Origin: an uncultured Eubacteriales bacterium
GTDB lineage: Bacteria > Bacillota > Clostridia > Oscillospirales > UBA644
DNA length: 64,000 bases
Assembly (NCBI GenBank): GCA_959604355.1
Contig: CAUHAO010000003.1
Location: 210 to 64,209 of the forward strand
Direction of reading: 5' to 3'
The position numbers and the translations under genes are program-made. Positions within the stretch are counted from its first letter, which is position 1. Each line of letters begins with the position of its first letter. Positions 16,939-27,158 of the stretch are shown piece by piece. The notes beneath the pieces were generated by a model. It saw only the letters and a list, made by a program, of their open reading frames with translations, was not told the DNA's origin and searched no databases.

Positions 16939-19416
16939 ATGAAAAAACTTCTTACTGCTTCCGTCGCCTTTGTACTTGTCGCAGCAATGGTGTTTGCTTT
17001 CGCGGCTTGCACGAAGACTCCGACGGTCGTAACGTTTACCGGAGACTATACCTTTGAAGATTCTGTCTCCACTCTGTCCGCTAACTGGAACAGACATACT
17101 TATCAGACTGAAGATGAATCCTATCCTTTGGACTTCATTATGAGTGGTCTTTACACCTTTGTGTTCAACGACGAACTCCACCCTGTTGAAGGTAAAGACG
17201 CTTATAAGGGCTACAAAATCATTCCCGACATGGCTGAAAGTGATCCTGTTGATGTCACCGAAGCTATCAAGGCTGCACATCCCGAATTCGGTATTCCCGA
17301 ATCCGCAAAGAAGGGCTATGCTTACACCATCGATCTTAACAAAGAATGCGTATGGCAGGACGGCACTCCCATCAATGCTGAAACCTACGTTTACTCCATG
17401 CAGCAGATGCTCGACCCCGCTCTGAAGAACTACAGAGCTACCGACTATTTTGAAGGCGACTTCTGCATCGCTAATGCAAAGAACTACTACTATCAGGGCC
17501 AGACTGCTTACAATGTTATCGGCGTAACTACTTCCGATTATCTTAAATCCGGCAAACTTGAAGACCTCTATATTGATTGCTGGAACTTCTGGAATGCTGA
17601 AGGTTATGTTGATGCCCAAGGCAATACCTGCCCCCAGTGGGTTTCCGTTCTTGACGAAACCGTTTACGGCGAAAACGTTAACGACGCTTTCTCCGGTAAA
17701 GATCTCTATGATACTTATTTCGCTCCCGGCGCACCTTACGAAAGCTTTGCTGCCGAGTATGTAGCATATAAGGTATCTTATCCCGCTGACTATGCTTGGA
17801 GCAACGTCGGTATCTACGCTTCCGGCGACTATCAGATTACACTTGTTCTCGGTAAGTCTCTCGCAGGCTTCAACCTCCTTTACAACCTCTCCGGTAACTG
17901 GCTGGTTTACAAGGATCTTTATGAAGCATGCAAAAAGCAGATCGGTGATACCGATGCTTGGGCTAGCACCTACTGCACCAGCGTTGAGACCACAATGTCC
18001 TACGGTCCTTACAAGCTGGTTGAGTATCAGGCAGACAAATCCATGCGTTTCGAAAGAAATGAGAATTGGTTTGGTTATAAAGACGGCAAACATGTCTATG
18101 TAGACCCCGAAGACGGCAAGACCTATCCTATGTATCAGACCACTGCCATCAACTGCCAGGTTGTTGCAGATGCTGCTACAAGAAAGCTCATGTTCCTCAA
18201 AGGTCAGCTCATGTCTTACGGACTCCAGGCTGAAGACTTTGCTACATACAGAGATTCCGAATACTGCTATGTAACTCCCGATGAAACCATCTATTTCTTC
18301 ATCTTCAACGGTTACATGGATGCTATCAAGAATCGTGAAGCAAATGAAGCTTTTGACCAGACAAAATACGATCTCGAGACCCTGACCCTCAAGACATTCA
18401 GAAAAGCAGTTGCTGTTACCTATGATAAGGAACTCCTCTGCGCTACGATTTCTCCCTCCAGATCCGGCGGCTACGGTCTTATCGGCTCCAGCTACATTTA
18501 CGATCCCGAGACCGGCGCTAAATACCGTGATACCAAACAGGCTAAACAGGCTCTCTGTGACTTCTACAGCGTTGATGTAAGCAAGTTCGACAGCCTTGAT
18601 GAAGCGGTTGCTTCCATCACCGGTTACGATCCGGAAGCTGCTAAGGCTCTCTATACTCAGGCATTCAACGAAGCTTTGGAACTCGGTTATATAACCGATG
18701 CCGATAACGACGGCAAGTCCGACCAGACCATCAGAATCGAATATGCATCCTCCGCTACAAGCGACTTCATCCAGAAGACTCTCGCTTACCTCAACGAGAA
18801 GATGCTCGAAGTTCTTGTCGGCACACCTTTCGAAGGCAAAGTCGAATTCTATGAATCCGCTCCTCTCGGAAACAACTGGTCCAACAACATCCGTAACGGT
18901 TTGTCCGATACCGTTCTCGGCGGTTGGGGCGGCTCTGCTCTTAACCCCTTCAGCGTCACCGACTGCTACACCAATCCCAACAGACAGTATGACGCTAAGT
19001 GGTTCGATGCTTCCAAGGTTTCCTTCACTCTCAACGTTGATGTTGCAGGTGTCGAAGCGGCTGCTCCTGTTAGAGAAGATGTCACCATGACTCTCGAACA
19101 GTGGTCTCTTGCCCTTAACGGCGAAACTGTTACTGTCGGCGATAAGAGCTATTGCTTCGGCGACGGCATCGCTGATGTCGAGACCAGACTTGATATCCTT
19201 GCAAAGATTGAAACAACCGTTCTCCAGACATACGACTACATCCCGATGCTCCAGAACGCCGGTATGTCTCTGCTTTCTCAGCAGGTATACTATATCGTCG
19301 AAGAGTACAATCCGATTATGGGTCGCGGCGGCATTCAGTACATGAAGTACAACTACAATGACGCTGATTGGGCAGCATATGTTGCAACCCAGCCCGACGG
19401 TCAGCTCAGCTACTAA
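16939..19416 (+). CDS. ABC transporter substrate-binding lipoprotein, peptide/nickel (family 5) type, unusually large (825 aa)
   Basis: Lipobox VFAFAAC at the N-terminus. Its position ahead of OppB/C/D/F-like genes and its general family-5 SBP character support the call; the family was judged by eye only. Confidence 0.8.
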   Translation: MKKLLTASVAFVLVAAMVFAFAACTKTPTVVTFTGDYTFEDSVSTLSANWNRHTYQTEDESYPLDFIMSGLYTFVFNDELHPVEGKDAYKGYKIIPDMAESDPVDVTEAIKAAHPEFGIPESAKKGYAYTIDLNKECVWQDGTPINAETYVYSMQQMLDPALKNYRATDYFEGDFCIANAKNYYYQGQTAYNVIGVTTSDYLKSGKLEDLYIDCWNFWNAEGYVDAQGNTCPQWVSVLDETVYGENVNDAFSGKDLYDTYFAPGAPYESFAAEYVAYKVSYPADYAWSNVGIYASGDYQITLVLGKSLAGFNLLYNLSGNWLVYKDLYEACKKQIGDTDAWASTYCTSVETTMSYGPYKLVEYQADKSMRFERNENWFGYKDGKHVYVDPEDGKTYPMYQTTAINCQVVADAATRKLMFLKGQLMSYGLQAEDFATYRDSEYCYVTPDETIYFFIFNGYMDAIKNREANEAFDQTKYDLETLTLKTFRKAVAVTYDKELLCATISPSRSGGYGLIGSSYIYDPETGAKYRDTKQAKQALCDFYSVDVSKFDSLDEAVASITGYDPEAAKALYTQAFNEALELGYITDADNDGKSDQTIRIEYASSATSDFIQKTLAYLNEKMLEVLVGTPFEGKVEFYESAPLGNNWSNNIRNGLSDTVLGGWGGSALNPFSVTDCYTNPNRQYDAKWFDASKVSFTLNVDVAGVEAAAPVREDVTMTLEQWSLALNGETVTVGDKSYCFGDGIADVETRLDILAKIETTVLQTYDYIPMLQNAGMSLLSQQVYYIVEEYNPIMGRGGIQYMKYNYNDADWAAYVATQPDGQLSY

Positions 19417-19625
19417 TATTTAGCTCGGCTAAATTGAAATTGTTTTTCCTGCGGGGCTATAAACCCCGCAGGAAAGCGCACATATACAGTATTTCTATTA
19501 CTGTACAACGTTATAGAGCAACAGTAGAAAAGGAAATTTGACACCGGCGTATAATTTAGACTTTCAAGCACTGTAAGGTTATAAGCATTGCTGTGTTTCG
19601 GAGAGTTTGGAATCGGAGGATACAT

Positions 19626-20579
19626 ATGGCTAAATACATAACACAAAGAATTCTGCTTATGTTGATGACGCTGCTCATCATCACTTGCATGTGCTTTATT
19701 CTTATAAGGATGCTCCCCCCTGTGGAATTGCCGATAGGCGACCCGCACACAGAAGTCCTTCTTGCGCGCAGAGAACAGATGGGTTACAATAAACCTTATC
19801 TTGTCCAGTTCGGTATCTTTTTGAGGGATATCTTTACCAAATGGGACTGGGGTCTGAGCGACAAGCTCTATTTCGGTCAGCCTGTTATGGATATTTTCGT
19901 GTCCAAACTTCCCGCTACGATGCTCGTTAACCTTTATTCGATTCTCTTGAGTATACCGATAGGCATCATTCTCGGTATATGGGCGGCGCTCAAGAAAAAC
20001 ACATGGATCGACCACACGATATCAACCTTGACGATGGTGGTCATTTCTGTCCCGAGTTTCGTTTACGCGTTTTTGATACAATATTTCTTATCATACCGAC
20101 TGGGTATTTTCCCGTTCCTCATGAAGGGCGGCACCGACTACTTCTCATGGAGTATGTTTGTCAGTATGCTGCCCGCAGTGCTGTCGCTTTCCTTCGGCGT
20201 TATAGCAGGTTTTACACGTGTTACCCGTGCGGAACTTACGGAAGTGCTTACGAGCGAATTCATGCTCCTTGCCCGTACAAAGGGACTTACCAGACGTCAG
20301 GCGACCGTCCGCCATGCCATGAAGAACTGCATGGTTGTCGTTCTCCCGTCTATTTTTGGTGAATTCATCGGTATAATGTCAGGTTCTCTTATAATCGAGC
20401 AGATATTCTCAGTTCCCGGCGTCGGCAGCCTTTATCTGAATTCGATAAACGGCCGGGATTACCCGATGTTTATGCTGCTTACTGTCTTCTATACGGTCGT
20501 CGGTCTTCTTGCGAGTATTGTTGTCGATATAAGCTATGGATTTATCGATCCCCGTATCAGAATGGGTTCAAGAAAATAA
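19626..20579 (+). CDS. ABC transporter permease (OppB/DppB-like)
   Basis: MAKYITQRILLMLMTLLIIT... is a typical OppB N-terminus. ATG 19626 follows ggagga. Confidence 0.85.
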   Translation: MAKYITQRILLMLMTLLIITCMCFILIRMLPPVELPIGDPHTEVLLARREQMGYNKPYLVQFGIFLRDIFTKWDWGLSDKLYFGQPVMDIFVSKLPATMLVNLYSILLSIPIGIILGIWAALKKNTWIDHTISTLTMVVISVPSFVYAFLIQYFLSYRLGIFPFLMKGGTDYFSWSMFVSMLPAVLSLSFGVIAGFTRVTRAELTEVLTSEFMLLARTKGLTRRQATVRHAMKNCMVVVLPSIFGEFIGIMSGSLIIEQIFSVPGVGSLYLNSINGRDYPMFMLLTVFYTVVGLLASIVVDISYGFIDPRIRMGSRK

Positions 20580-20600
20580 TGCGGAAAGGATGCAATAAAG

Positions 20601-22190
20601 ATGGATAATAATTATGAGCATATTCCGCAGGAAAAATTTGCTTTTGCGCAGCTTGATGCGGTAATTCACGATAAAAAATTCGACACAAAATCCCGCGGCT
20701 ATTTTGCAGATGCGTTTATTCGCTTCAAGAAAAACAAATCCTCCGTTGTCGCCGCGTGCATCATCGCGTTTCTCATTCTTTTTGCTATCGTTTCGCCTAT
20801 AATTTCTCCGTATACTATCAACGATAAGGACGATCGGTACGCAAACTTTGCACCTTACGTTGAGTCCGTTGCCAATAAAAAGCTCGGTATACTTGACGGT
20901 GGTCAGATTTTTGAAAGTCAGAGTGAACTTCAGCTTTCAAATCTCCATGCAATCGGAACCGAAACAGGTCTTGATCCTGTTATCGGAATAGTCGGTACTG
21001 TTGTAAAAACAATTATCCAGCGCGGTCAGGAAAAGACCACTACCTATTACAGAGTAAAAGTAAACAGATATTTTGAAACGGGCGTTATCTACCGTACATT
21101 CTCCATTGCAGATTTCAACAAAATCCAGGATTGGCAGAATGAAACAGGCATCCAGGTAATATTCCCGTATGTAGAAAAAGCCGATATTTATTCCCAAGTC
21201 GAAAACCTTTCCGCGGATGATATCAAAAATCTTCCGGACAACTCCAAAATCTGGTATAAATGCTCCGACTCGAAAAGCGCTCCCCTTCTTGATGCGGGCG
21301 GAAACAGAATTCCCGCTTATTCCACAAATTCAGCCAAAGAAGGCGCTCCGTATTACAGCCAGCGTATAGCAGGCGATAACGGCGACTATATATACAGCAT
21401 CGGTAAGGCAAAGAACGCGGAGGGTGCTTTCACTTCCGTTACATGCCGTATCTGCTACTATAACTATTATAAATATGTAAACGGTCATGCTCCGATGTTC
21501 CTCTTCGGAACCAACAATATGGGACAGGACCTGTTTATGGCCATTGGTGTAGGCGCGAGATTTTCCATGATATTTGCTATCCTCGTCTCTGCCATCAACC
21601 TCACCATAGGCGCTATATACGGCGCTATCCAGGGTTATTACGGCGGCGTTGCGGATCTTGTTATGGACCGTGTTTCCGATATTCTTTCCGGTATCCCGAC
21701 CATAGTTGTCGTCACGCTTTTCCAGTTGCATCTGGCGTCTAAGCTCGGTACAGTCCCGTCGTTTTTGTTTGCATTCGTACTGACGGGGTGGATCGGTATG
21801 GCGGCGCTTACCAGAAAACAGTTTTATCGTTTCAAGAGCCAGGAATATGTCTTCGCCGCAAGAACTCTCGGTGCTTCCGACTGGAGACTCATGTTCAAGC
21901 ATATTTTCCCGAACTCTCTCGGCACTATAATCACGAGCTGCGCGCTGACTATTCCCAGCGTTATCAGCTCCGAGACGAGTCTTACATACCTCGGTATCAT
22001 CAATCTTGCCGATTTCGCCGGTACGAGCATCGGTGTCCTTATGGCTCAGGGCCAGACCGCTATGACGACGTCGCCTCATGCGATGCTGTTCCCATCGCTG
22101 TTCGTTTCGCTTCTGCTTATTTCGTTCAACCTGTTCGGTAACGGTCTGAGAGACGCGTTCAACCCGTCAATGAGAGGAGTGGAGGACTGA
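20601..22190 (+). CDS. ABC transporter permease (OppC/DppC-like) with ~250-aa extracytoplasmic insertion
   Basis: The C-terminal 230 aa is a canonical OppC core. After the first TM helix there is a long soluble segment, about aa 70-300. Confidence 0.8.
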   Translation: MDNNYEHIPQEKFAFAQLDAVIHDKKFDTKSRGYFADAFIRFKKNKSSVVAACIIAFLILFAIVSPIISPYTINDKDDRYANFAPYVESVANKKLGILDGGQIFESQSELQLSNLHAIGTETGLDPVIGIVGTVVKTIIQRGQEKTTTYYRVKVNRYFETGVIYRTFSIADFNKIQDWQNETGIQVIFPYVEKADIYSQVENLSADDIKNLPDNSKIWYKCSDSKSAPLLDAGGNRIPAYSTNSAKEGAPYYSQRIAGDNGDYIYSIGKAKNAEGAFTSVTCRICYYNYYKYVNGHAPMFLFGTNNMGQDLFMAIGVGARFSMIFAILVSAINLTIGAIYGAIQGYYGGVADLVMDRVSDILSGIPTIVVVTLFQLHLASKLGTVPSFLFAFVLTGWIGMAALTRKQFYRFKSQEYVFAARTLGASDWRLMFKHIFPNSLGTIITSCALTIPSVISSETSLTYLGIINLADFAGTSIGVLMAQGQTAMTTSPHAMLFPSLFVSLLLISFNLFGNGLRDAFNPSMRGVED

Positions 22191-22192
22191 TC

Positions 22193-24361
22193 ATGGAAAA
22201 GAAATTACAGGTAAAAGGTCTGACCATATCCTTCCGCACTTCCAACGGTAAGGTCCAGGCGGTCCGTGGAATAGATTTCGACCTTGCCAAGGGCGAAACT
22301 CTCGCGATTGTCGGTGAATCCGGCTCAGGCAAATCCGTTACTTCAAAAGCGATCCTCGGTATTCTTGCCGGCAACTCCATAATTGAAGGCGGCGAGATTA
22401 TATACGACGGCAAAGACCTTCTTAAGATAACAGAGGATGATTTCCATAAGATCCGCGGTGATAAGATCGCGATGATTTTCCAGGATCCAATGTCCAGCCT
22501 TAACCCGATCGTTAAGATAGGACGTCAGCTGACGGAAGCAATGCTGCTCAAAGGCAAGGCGCGCCAGAGAGAATGCCGTGAGACGTTTAACACATACCTC
22601 AAGATCCTTAATGAGAGCATGGTCGAGGCGAGCGCAAAGGATGCTCCGTCAAAGGCTGCCGAATTGACTGCGAAATGCAAGAATTTTGATAAATTCGAAT
22701 ATAAGCATCTTGAACTTGAATCGGCGTACAATGTAGCGCACGAATCAGCCGTTGAGGCGTCCGACGATATCAAAAACCTTGTTTTCGAGATAGAAAAGAA
22801 CGCGGCAAAAGATGTCCCGTATCGTGTCAAGCGCATAACGTCTCTTGCAAAGGCATCCTGTCATGCATATGTTGTTAAAGACAAGGCTGACAGGCTTATC
22901 GAACTTTCAAAAAAGGTCTCCAAAGAGGCTTCTAAAATCGCAAAAGGCGCGGATACTTCCGCGTTTATATCCGATATGAACGAAATGAGCACCATTCTCG
23001 ATGAAGCGGCGGCTTTTACAGTGCCGAACTTCTTTGCTATGGGCTATTATATGACGTTCAGCAAGGATCCTCTGCCGGAATATACGGATGTCAACGAACT
23101 CAACGCGTTCCTGCGCAAGTACCTCGACGATAATTTTATGCTCGACTTTATCGACGATGCGAAAAAGGGCATTGCTTTCTCTGCCGAAAGATCGTACAAG
23201 GAGAAAACCGAAGTTCTCGAAGTACTTAAGAAATACAGACCCGTTTTTGAAAAAGAAGCTCTTGACAGAAAAGAGTGTGAAGAGGCTGTAAAGGTATTCG
23301 ACAAAGAGGTCCTGGAGTCTGTCGATAAGCTTGAACTTGTCAAAGACAGCCTTGCATATACCTTTGCATCAGGTATAAAGACAGACGTTGATAAATACTT
23401 TGCCGCAATAGTCAAAAACGCAAAAGAAAAGAAACGTTACGGAAAGCAGCAGGCTAAGTATGAAAAGCTTGTTGCACGAAACAAGACTCCCGATTGGAAA
23501 GTCGTTCCCGCGTCTTATACAGACCTCGAAATGGTCAAAAAGGGCATTCTTAACCAGATTGATCGTCTTACGGAGCATTATACGGATCTTATTGCCCGTA
23601 AGGACACTCGTGATTATGGCGAAGAGACTGTCGCGGTCATTGACTTTCTGAAAACAAATGCTTCCGGTGTCGTAAACAAAGTCACAAAGCGTATCGCAAA
23701 AGACAAAGCCATAAAACTTATGGAAGAAGTCGGTATTCCCGAGCCCAGAAAGAGATACAATCAGTATCCTTTTGAATTTTCCGGCGGTATGCGTCAGCGT
23801 ATAGTTATAGCTATCGCACTCGCGGCAAATCCCGATATCCTCATCTGCGACGAGCCTACCACAGCGCTCGACGTTACCATTCAGGCGCAGATACTGGAGC
23901 TTATCAACAAACTCAAAAAAGAAAGGCAGCTCTCGATCATTTTTATTACCCACGACCTCGGCGTTGTTGCAAACATGGCAGACCGTATCGCCGTTATGTA
24001 CGCAGGTAAGATCGTTGAATACGGCACTGCGGACGACGTGTTCTATCATTCTGCACATCCGTACACCTGGGCACTGCTTTCGTCTATGCCCGACCTCGAT
24101 ACGAACGAGAAGCTCGAAGCCATCCCCGGTACTCCTCCGAATATGATCTATCCGCCTATCGGCGATGCTTTCGCAGCGAGAAACAAATACGCAATGCAGA
24201 TAGATTTCGAGCGTCAGCCGCCGATGTTCAAGATAACCGATACTCACTATGCGGCTACATGGCTGCTCCATCCCGATGCGCCGAAGGTCGATCCTCCGAA
24301 GACCGTAACGGACCGCATCGCAAGAATGCAGAGCAAGAGAGGTGCAGAAGATGCAGAATAA
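22193..24361 (+). CDS. ABC transporter ATP-binding protein (OppD-like) with ~370-aa insertion
   Basis: Walker A GESGSGKS and Q-loop [11 protein letters not shown] are followed by ~370 aa of K/E-rich helical sequence. Only then come [12 protein letters not shown] and [12 protein letters not shown]. Confidence 0.85.
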   Translation: MEKKLQVKGLTISFRTSNGKVQAVRGIDFDLAKGETLAIVGESGSGKSVTSKAILGILAGNSIIEGGEIIYDGKDLLKITEDDFHKIRGDKIAMIFQDPMSSLNPIVKIGRQLTEAMLLKGKARQRECRETFNTYLKILNESMVEASAKDAPSKAAELTAKCKNFDKFEYKHLELESAYNVAHESAVEASDDIKNLVFEIEKNAAKDVPYRVKRITSLAKASCHAYVVKDKADRLIELSKKVSKEASKIAKGADTSAFISDMNEMSTILDEAAAFTVPNFFAMGYYMTFSKDPLPEYTDVNELNAFLRKYLDDNFMLDFIDDAKKGIAFSAERSYKEKTEVLEVLKKYRPVFEKEALDRKECEEAVKVFDKEVLESVDKLELVKDSLAYTFASGIKTDVDKYFAAIVKNAKEKKRYGKQQAKYEKLVARNKTPDWKVVPASYTDLEMVKKGILNQIDRLTEHYTDLIARKDTRDYGEETVAVIDFLKTNASGVVNKVTKRIAKDKAIKLMEEVGIPEPRKRYNQYPFEFSGGMRQRIVIAIALAANPDILICDEPTTALDVTIQAQILELINKLKKERQLSIIFITHDLGVVANMADRIAVMYAGKIVEYGTADDVFYHSAHPYTWALLSSMPDLDTNEKLEAIPGTPPNMIYPPIGDAFAARNKYAMQIDFERQPPMFKITDTHYAATWLLHPDAPKVDPPKTVTDRIARMQSKRGAEDAE

Positions 24362-25568
24362 AAACGAAGAAGTTTTGCTCCGCGTAGAGCACCTTTGTCA
24401 GTATTTTAAAGAAAACAAGGCTGTTGACGATGTAAGCTTTGAGGTCAAAAAAGGGGAAGTTTTCGGCCTTGTCGGCGAGTCCGGCTGCGGCAAGACCACG
24501 ACCGGCAGATCCATAATTAAGCTTTATGATATTACTTCCGGTAATATATACTTTAAAGGTATAAGAATCGGCGCGGGTACACGTTCTTATTATAAAGCCA
24601 TAGAAAAAGCGAAAGATGACTTTAAGAAGAAAGCTTCAGAAACCACAGACACAGCGGTTCTCAAAGCTCTTAAAGACGAACTTAAAGCCTTTGTCAGCGA
24701 TCAGAAGAAGCAGATCAAGGCGGCAAAATACGACCAGAAGAACTGTGATAAGGAATATTCCGATGAGCAGGTTGCAAAAGTCAATGAAAAGTATAAGCCG
24801 CTTATAGCCGCCGCGACAGGCAGCGAGAAGAGTAAGCTTTCCGCTGAGTACAGAAATGAGCTCAGAAAAGCGAAAAAGACTAAGCTTGTCACACAGATCC
24901 AGATGATATTCCAGGATCCGATCGCCTCTCTCGACCCGCGTATGACTGTTCGTGAGATCATTTCCGAAGGCCTTATAATCCAGGGCGAGAAGGATAAGAA
25001 GGTTATTGACGAAAAAGTCTATGAAATGCTCGAAACCGTAGGACTTGTCCGCGAGCATGCGGGGAGATATCCCCATGAATTTTCCGGCGGTCAGCGTCAG
25101 CGTATAGGCGTCGCGCGTTCCATAATCATGCATCCCGACCTTATAATCGCCGATGAACCCGTTTCCGCGCTCGATGTCTCCATTCAGGCGCAGGTCATAA
25201 ATCTTCTTAACGAACTTCGTGAGAGCCTCGGCCTGACGATAATATTTATCGCGCATGACCTTTCTGTTGTCAAGTATTTCTCTGACCGTATCGGCGTTAT
25301 GTATTTCGGAAAAATGGTTGAGCTTGCTACTTCGGACGAACTGTTCGCGCATCCGCTTCATCCGTATACGCGTTCGCTCCTGTCCGCTATACCGCTGCCC
25401 GATCCCCATTCCGAAAAGACCCGTAAAAGAATCGTTTACAATCCTCTTTCGGACCATAACTATACCCCTGAGGATCAGCCGACGATGAGAGAAGTATCGC
25501 CCGGTCACTTCGTTTACTGCAACAACGAAGAAGAGGTTCGCTACAAGAAGGAATTGGGCTGTGAATAA
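24351..25568 (+). CDS. ABC transporter ATP-binding protein (OppF-like) with ~90-aa insertion
   Basis: Contains [17 protein letters not shown] and [15 protein letters not shown] 24351 lies 8 nt after aagagagg; the track ORF begins at GTG 24342. The extra charged segment sits between Walker A and the Q-loop. Confidence 0.85.
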   Translation: MQNKNEEVLLRVEHLCQYFKENKAVDDVSFEVKKGEVFGLVGESGCGKTTTGRSIIKLYDITSGNIYFKGIRIGAGTRSYYKAIEKAKDDFKKKASETTDTAVLKALKDELKAFVSDQKKQIKAAKYDQKNCDKEYSDEQVAKVNEKYKPLIAAATGSEKSKLSAEYRNELRKAKKTKLVTQIQMIFQDPIASLDPRMTVREIISEGLIIQGEKDKKVIDEKVYEMLETVGLVREHAGRYPHEFSGGQRQRIGVARSIIMHPDLIIADEPVSALDVSIQAQVINLLNELRESLGLTIIFIAHDLSVVKYFSDRIGVMYFGKMVELATSDELFAHPLHPYTRSLLSAIPLPDPHSEKTRKRIVYNPLSDHNYTPEDQPTMREVSPGHFVYCNNEEEVRYKKELGCE

Positions 25569-25977
25569 AAGAGTTCGCTCCATATTACTCAAATACGGTA
25601 TATCGCTTGCAGCAGGGGCGTTGCTGGTATTCTGGATGCTTTCGGATCACGGCTATGCTGCTGCGGAGACACCGGCGGATAAATACCGCTTGCTCTGCGA
25701 TGCGTTTACAGTTCCAGGTCTTGCATTCCTGTTTGCGGCACTCCTTATATTTCTTTCCAACTGCGGCGCTTTTGTCGGAATACTTTCTTATTCGATAGAA
25801 AGAATCGTAAACTGGTTCAATCCAATGTCGGAACGTAAAAAAGAAACGTATTATCAATACCATGAGCGGAAAATGAGTAAAGAAAAGGTTAAAGGATATT
25901 ATTTTCTTTATGTCATGGCGGGGATTTTTCTCGTGGTGGCGGCCGTTTTCCTCATTTTATTCTATCAAGTGTATTAA
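25561..25977 (+). CDS. Small membrane protein (DUF3899-like, tentative)
   Basis: 138 aa with 3 hydrophobic helices. GTG start with RBS aaggaa, overlapping oppF-like by 8 nt. Confidence 0.5.
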   Translation: MNKRVRSILLKYGISLAAGALLVFWMLSDHGYAAAETPADKYRLLCDAFTVPGLAFLFAALLIFLSNCGAFVGILSYSIERIVNWFNPMSERKKETYYQYHERKMSKEKVKGYYFLYVMAGIFLVVAAVFLILFYQVY

Positions 25978-25978
25978 A

Positions 25979-26012
25979 GAAGTTCCGGCACGGAGGTGTG
26001 CCGGAACTTCTT
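25979..26012 (+). terminator. Hairpin terminator after Opp-like operon
   Basis: 13-bp perfect stem GAAGTTCCGGCAC / GTGCCGGAACTTC with a 6-nt loop and a short T tail. Confidence 0.5.
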
Positions 26013-26021
26013 CGCTGGTTA

Positions 26022-26050
26022 TTGACAAATTTTGTGATATGATGTATAAT
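26022..26050 (+). promoter_or_regulatory. Consensus sigma-A promoter driving candidate sRNA copy 1
   Basis: TTGACA (26022-26027), a 17-nt spacer, then TATAAT (26045-26050). Confidence 0.55.
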
Positions 26051-26056
26051 ATTCGC

Positions 26057-26163
26057 AGAGATTCTTGTTTCACAAGAATTGCGGGCGCTGCCCGCCGCGC
26101 GCTGCGCGTCTCTGCTCTATTGACGGCGTCGTAAAAATGCCCTTGCGAGCAAGCATTTTTACT
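26057..26163 (+). ncRNA. Candidate small RNA, copy 1 of a tandem pair
   Basis: Begins ~7 nt after the -10. It contains hairpins ATTCTTGTttcACAAGAAT and GCGGGCgctGCCCGC, plus a terminal hairpin AAAAATGC...GCATTTTT with a T-run. There is no RBS or ORF. Confidence 0.4.
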
Positions 26164-26180
26164 CCTGGTATAATCTTCGA

Positions 26181-26288
26181 GAGATTCTTGTTTCACAAGA
26201 ATTGCGGGCCTTGCCCGCCGCGCTGTGCGCGTCTCTGCTCTATTGACGGCGTCGTAAAAATGCCCTTGCGGGCAAGCACTTTTTTCGC
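26181..26288 (+). ncRNA. Candidate small RNA, copy 2 of a tandem pair
   Basis: Near-identical to copy 1 with a period of 123 bp. It is preceded by an extended -10, TGgTATAAT (26166-26174), and ends in a hairpin + TTTTTT. Confidence 0.4.
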
Positions 26289-26641
26289 ATATTTTATAAT
26301 AATATTGAGACAATGATCCCGAATTTCTTCCGTGACCGTGTTCAAAATAAAAAATGAGTCGGTTTTTTACGATTTATTTTGAACTTTTTGTGAAGCGAGG
26401 GTAGATTTGCCTTTCTGCTTTTATATTATATTCAGAAAGACAAAACGTAAGAAAAACGGTCAAAATGGACGAAGGCAGCGGGATCACGGTTTCTGTGTCC
26501 CGCTGTCTGTGGCAGCAATTTCGAAATCCGGATCGGATGACGGATATTCAGATCATAATTCAGTTGCTGTGACTGTCGGAACGGTACGGGTAAAACCGAA
26601 CGATCAGACAATTGTAAATTACGTTTTGCCGGAGATATGTA

Positions 26642-27142
26642 ATGCTTGATAAACAAGAAGAGGAATACATACGCATGATATATGCGGAGTATTCCGATTA
26701 CATAAAAAAACTTTGTTACGTCTGTTGCCGCGGTGAAGATTTTTATCTTGACTGCTTTCAGAATGTTTTTTGCGTATGTATGACCAACGTCGGCAAACTC
26801 ATGCCGATGGAGGATATTCGTCCATGGCTGTGCCGCGTGGTCAAATGGGTATGTTGCGCCTCATACCAAAAGAAGAGAGCGTGCAAAGAGAAAGAGTTTT
26901 TATACGGAGATATTGATTTGACAGTGGGATATGAACCTGAAATGTGTTCAGGACTTGATATTGAAAAAGATATAACTCCGTATCTTACAAAAAAGCAAAA
27001 GAAACTGTTCGACCTTTATTTTTTGGAAGACAAGAGTCCTGCGGAAATAGCCGAAAGACTCGGCCTGAGACCTGATACAGTACATTCGGGCATCGGGAAA
27101 TTGAAAAAGAAATTGCGAACGATGCTTTCAAAGTACCGTTAA
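26642..27142 (+). CDS. RNA polymerase sigma-70 family factor (ECF-like), Cys-rich
   Basis: Region 2-like EDFYLDCFQNVF...IRPWLCRVVKWV and region 4 HTH LTKKQKKLFDLYFLEDKSPAEIAERLGLRPDTVHSGIGKLKKKL. It has 11 Cys in 166 aa. Confidence 0.75.
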   Translation: MLDKQEEEYIRMIYAEYSDYIKKLCYVCCRGEDFYLDCFQNVFCVCMTNVGKLMPMEDIRPWLCRVVKWVCCASYQKKRACKEKEFLYGDIDLTVGYEPEMCSGLDIEKDITPYLTKKQKKLFDLYFLEDKSPAEIAERLGLRPDTVHSGIGKLKKKLRTMLSKYR

Positions 27143-27158
27143 GAAAAGAGGCGCCGTA

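Noticed and set aside
16789-18093. 434-aa minus-strand ORF
   Set aside because: It is antisense to the substrate-binding lipoprotein gene. It has no RBS or recognisable motifs and is typical of shadow ORFs in this codon usage.
23369-25592. 300-aa and 318-aa minus-strand ORFs (23369-24271, 24636-25592)
   Set aside because: They are antisense to the two ABC ATPase genes, whose Walker and signature motifs are unambiguous.
26058-26285. Possible CRISPR array (also considered for the PT repeats at 10071-10405 / 11425-11820)
   Set aside because: There are only two copies of a ~105-nt unit with an 18-20-nt spacer, so no repeat-spacer architecture. The PT repeats are in-frame coding sequence. No cas genes are present in the window.
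25957-26316. ORFs on both strands encoding internally repeated peptides across the tandem 123-bp elements
   Set aside because: The repetition simply reflects the duplicated DNA element. There is no RBS, and each unit has its own promoter and terminator, which favours RNA products.
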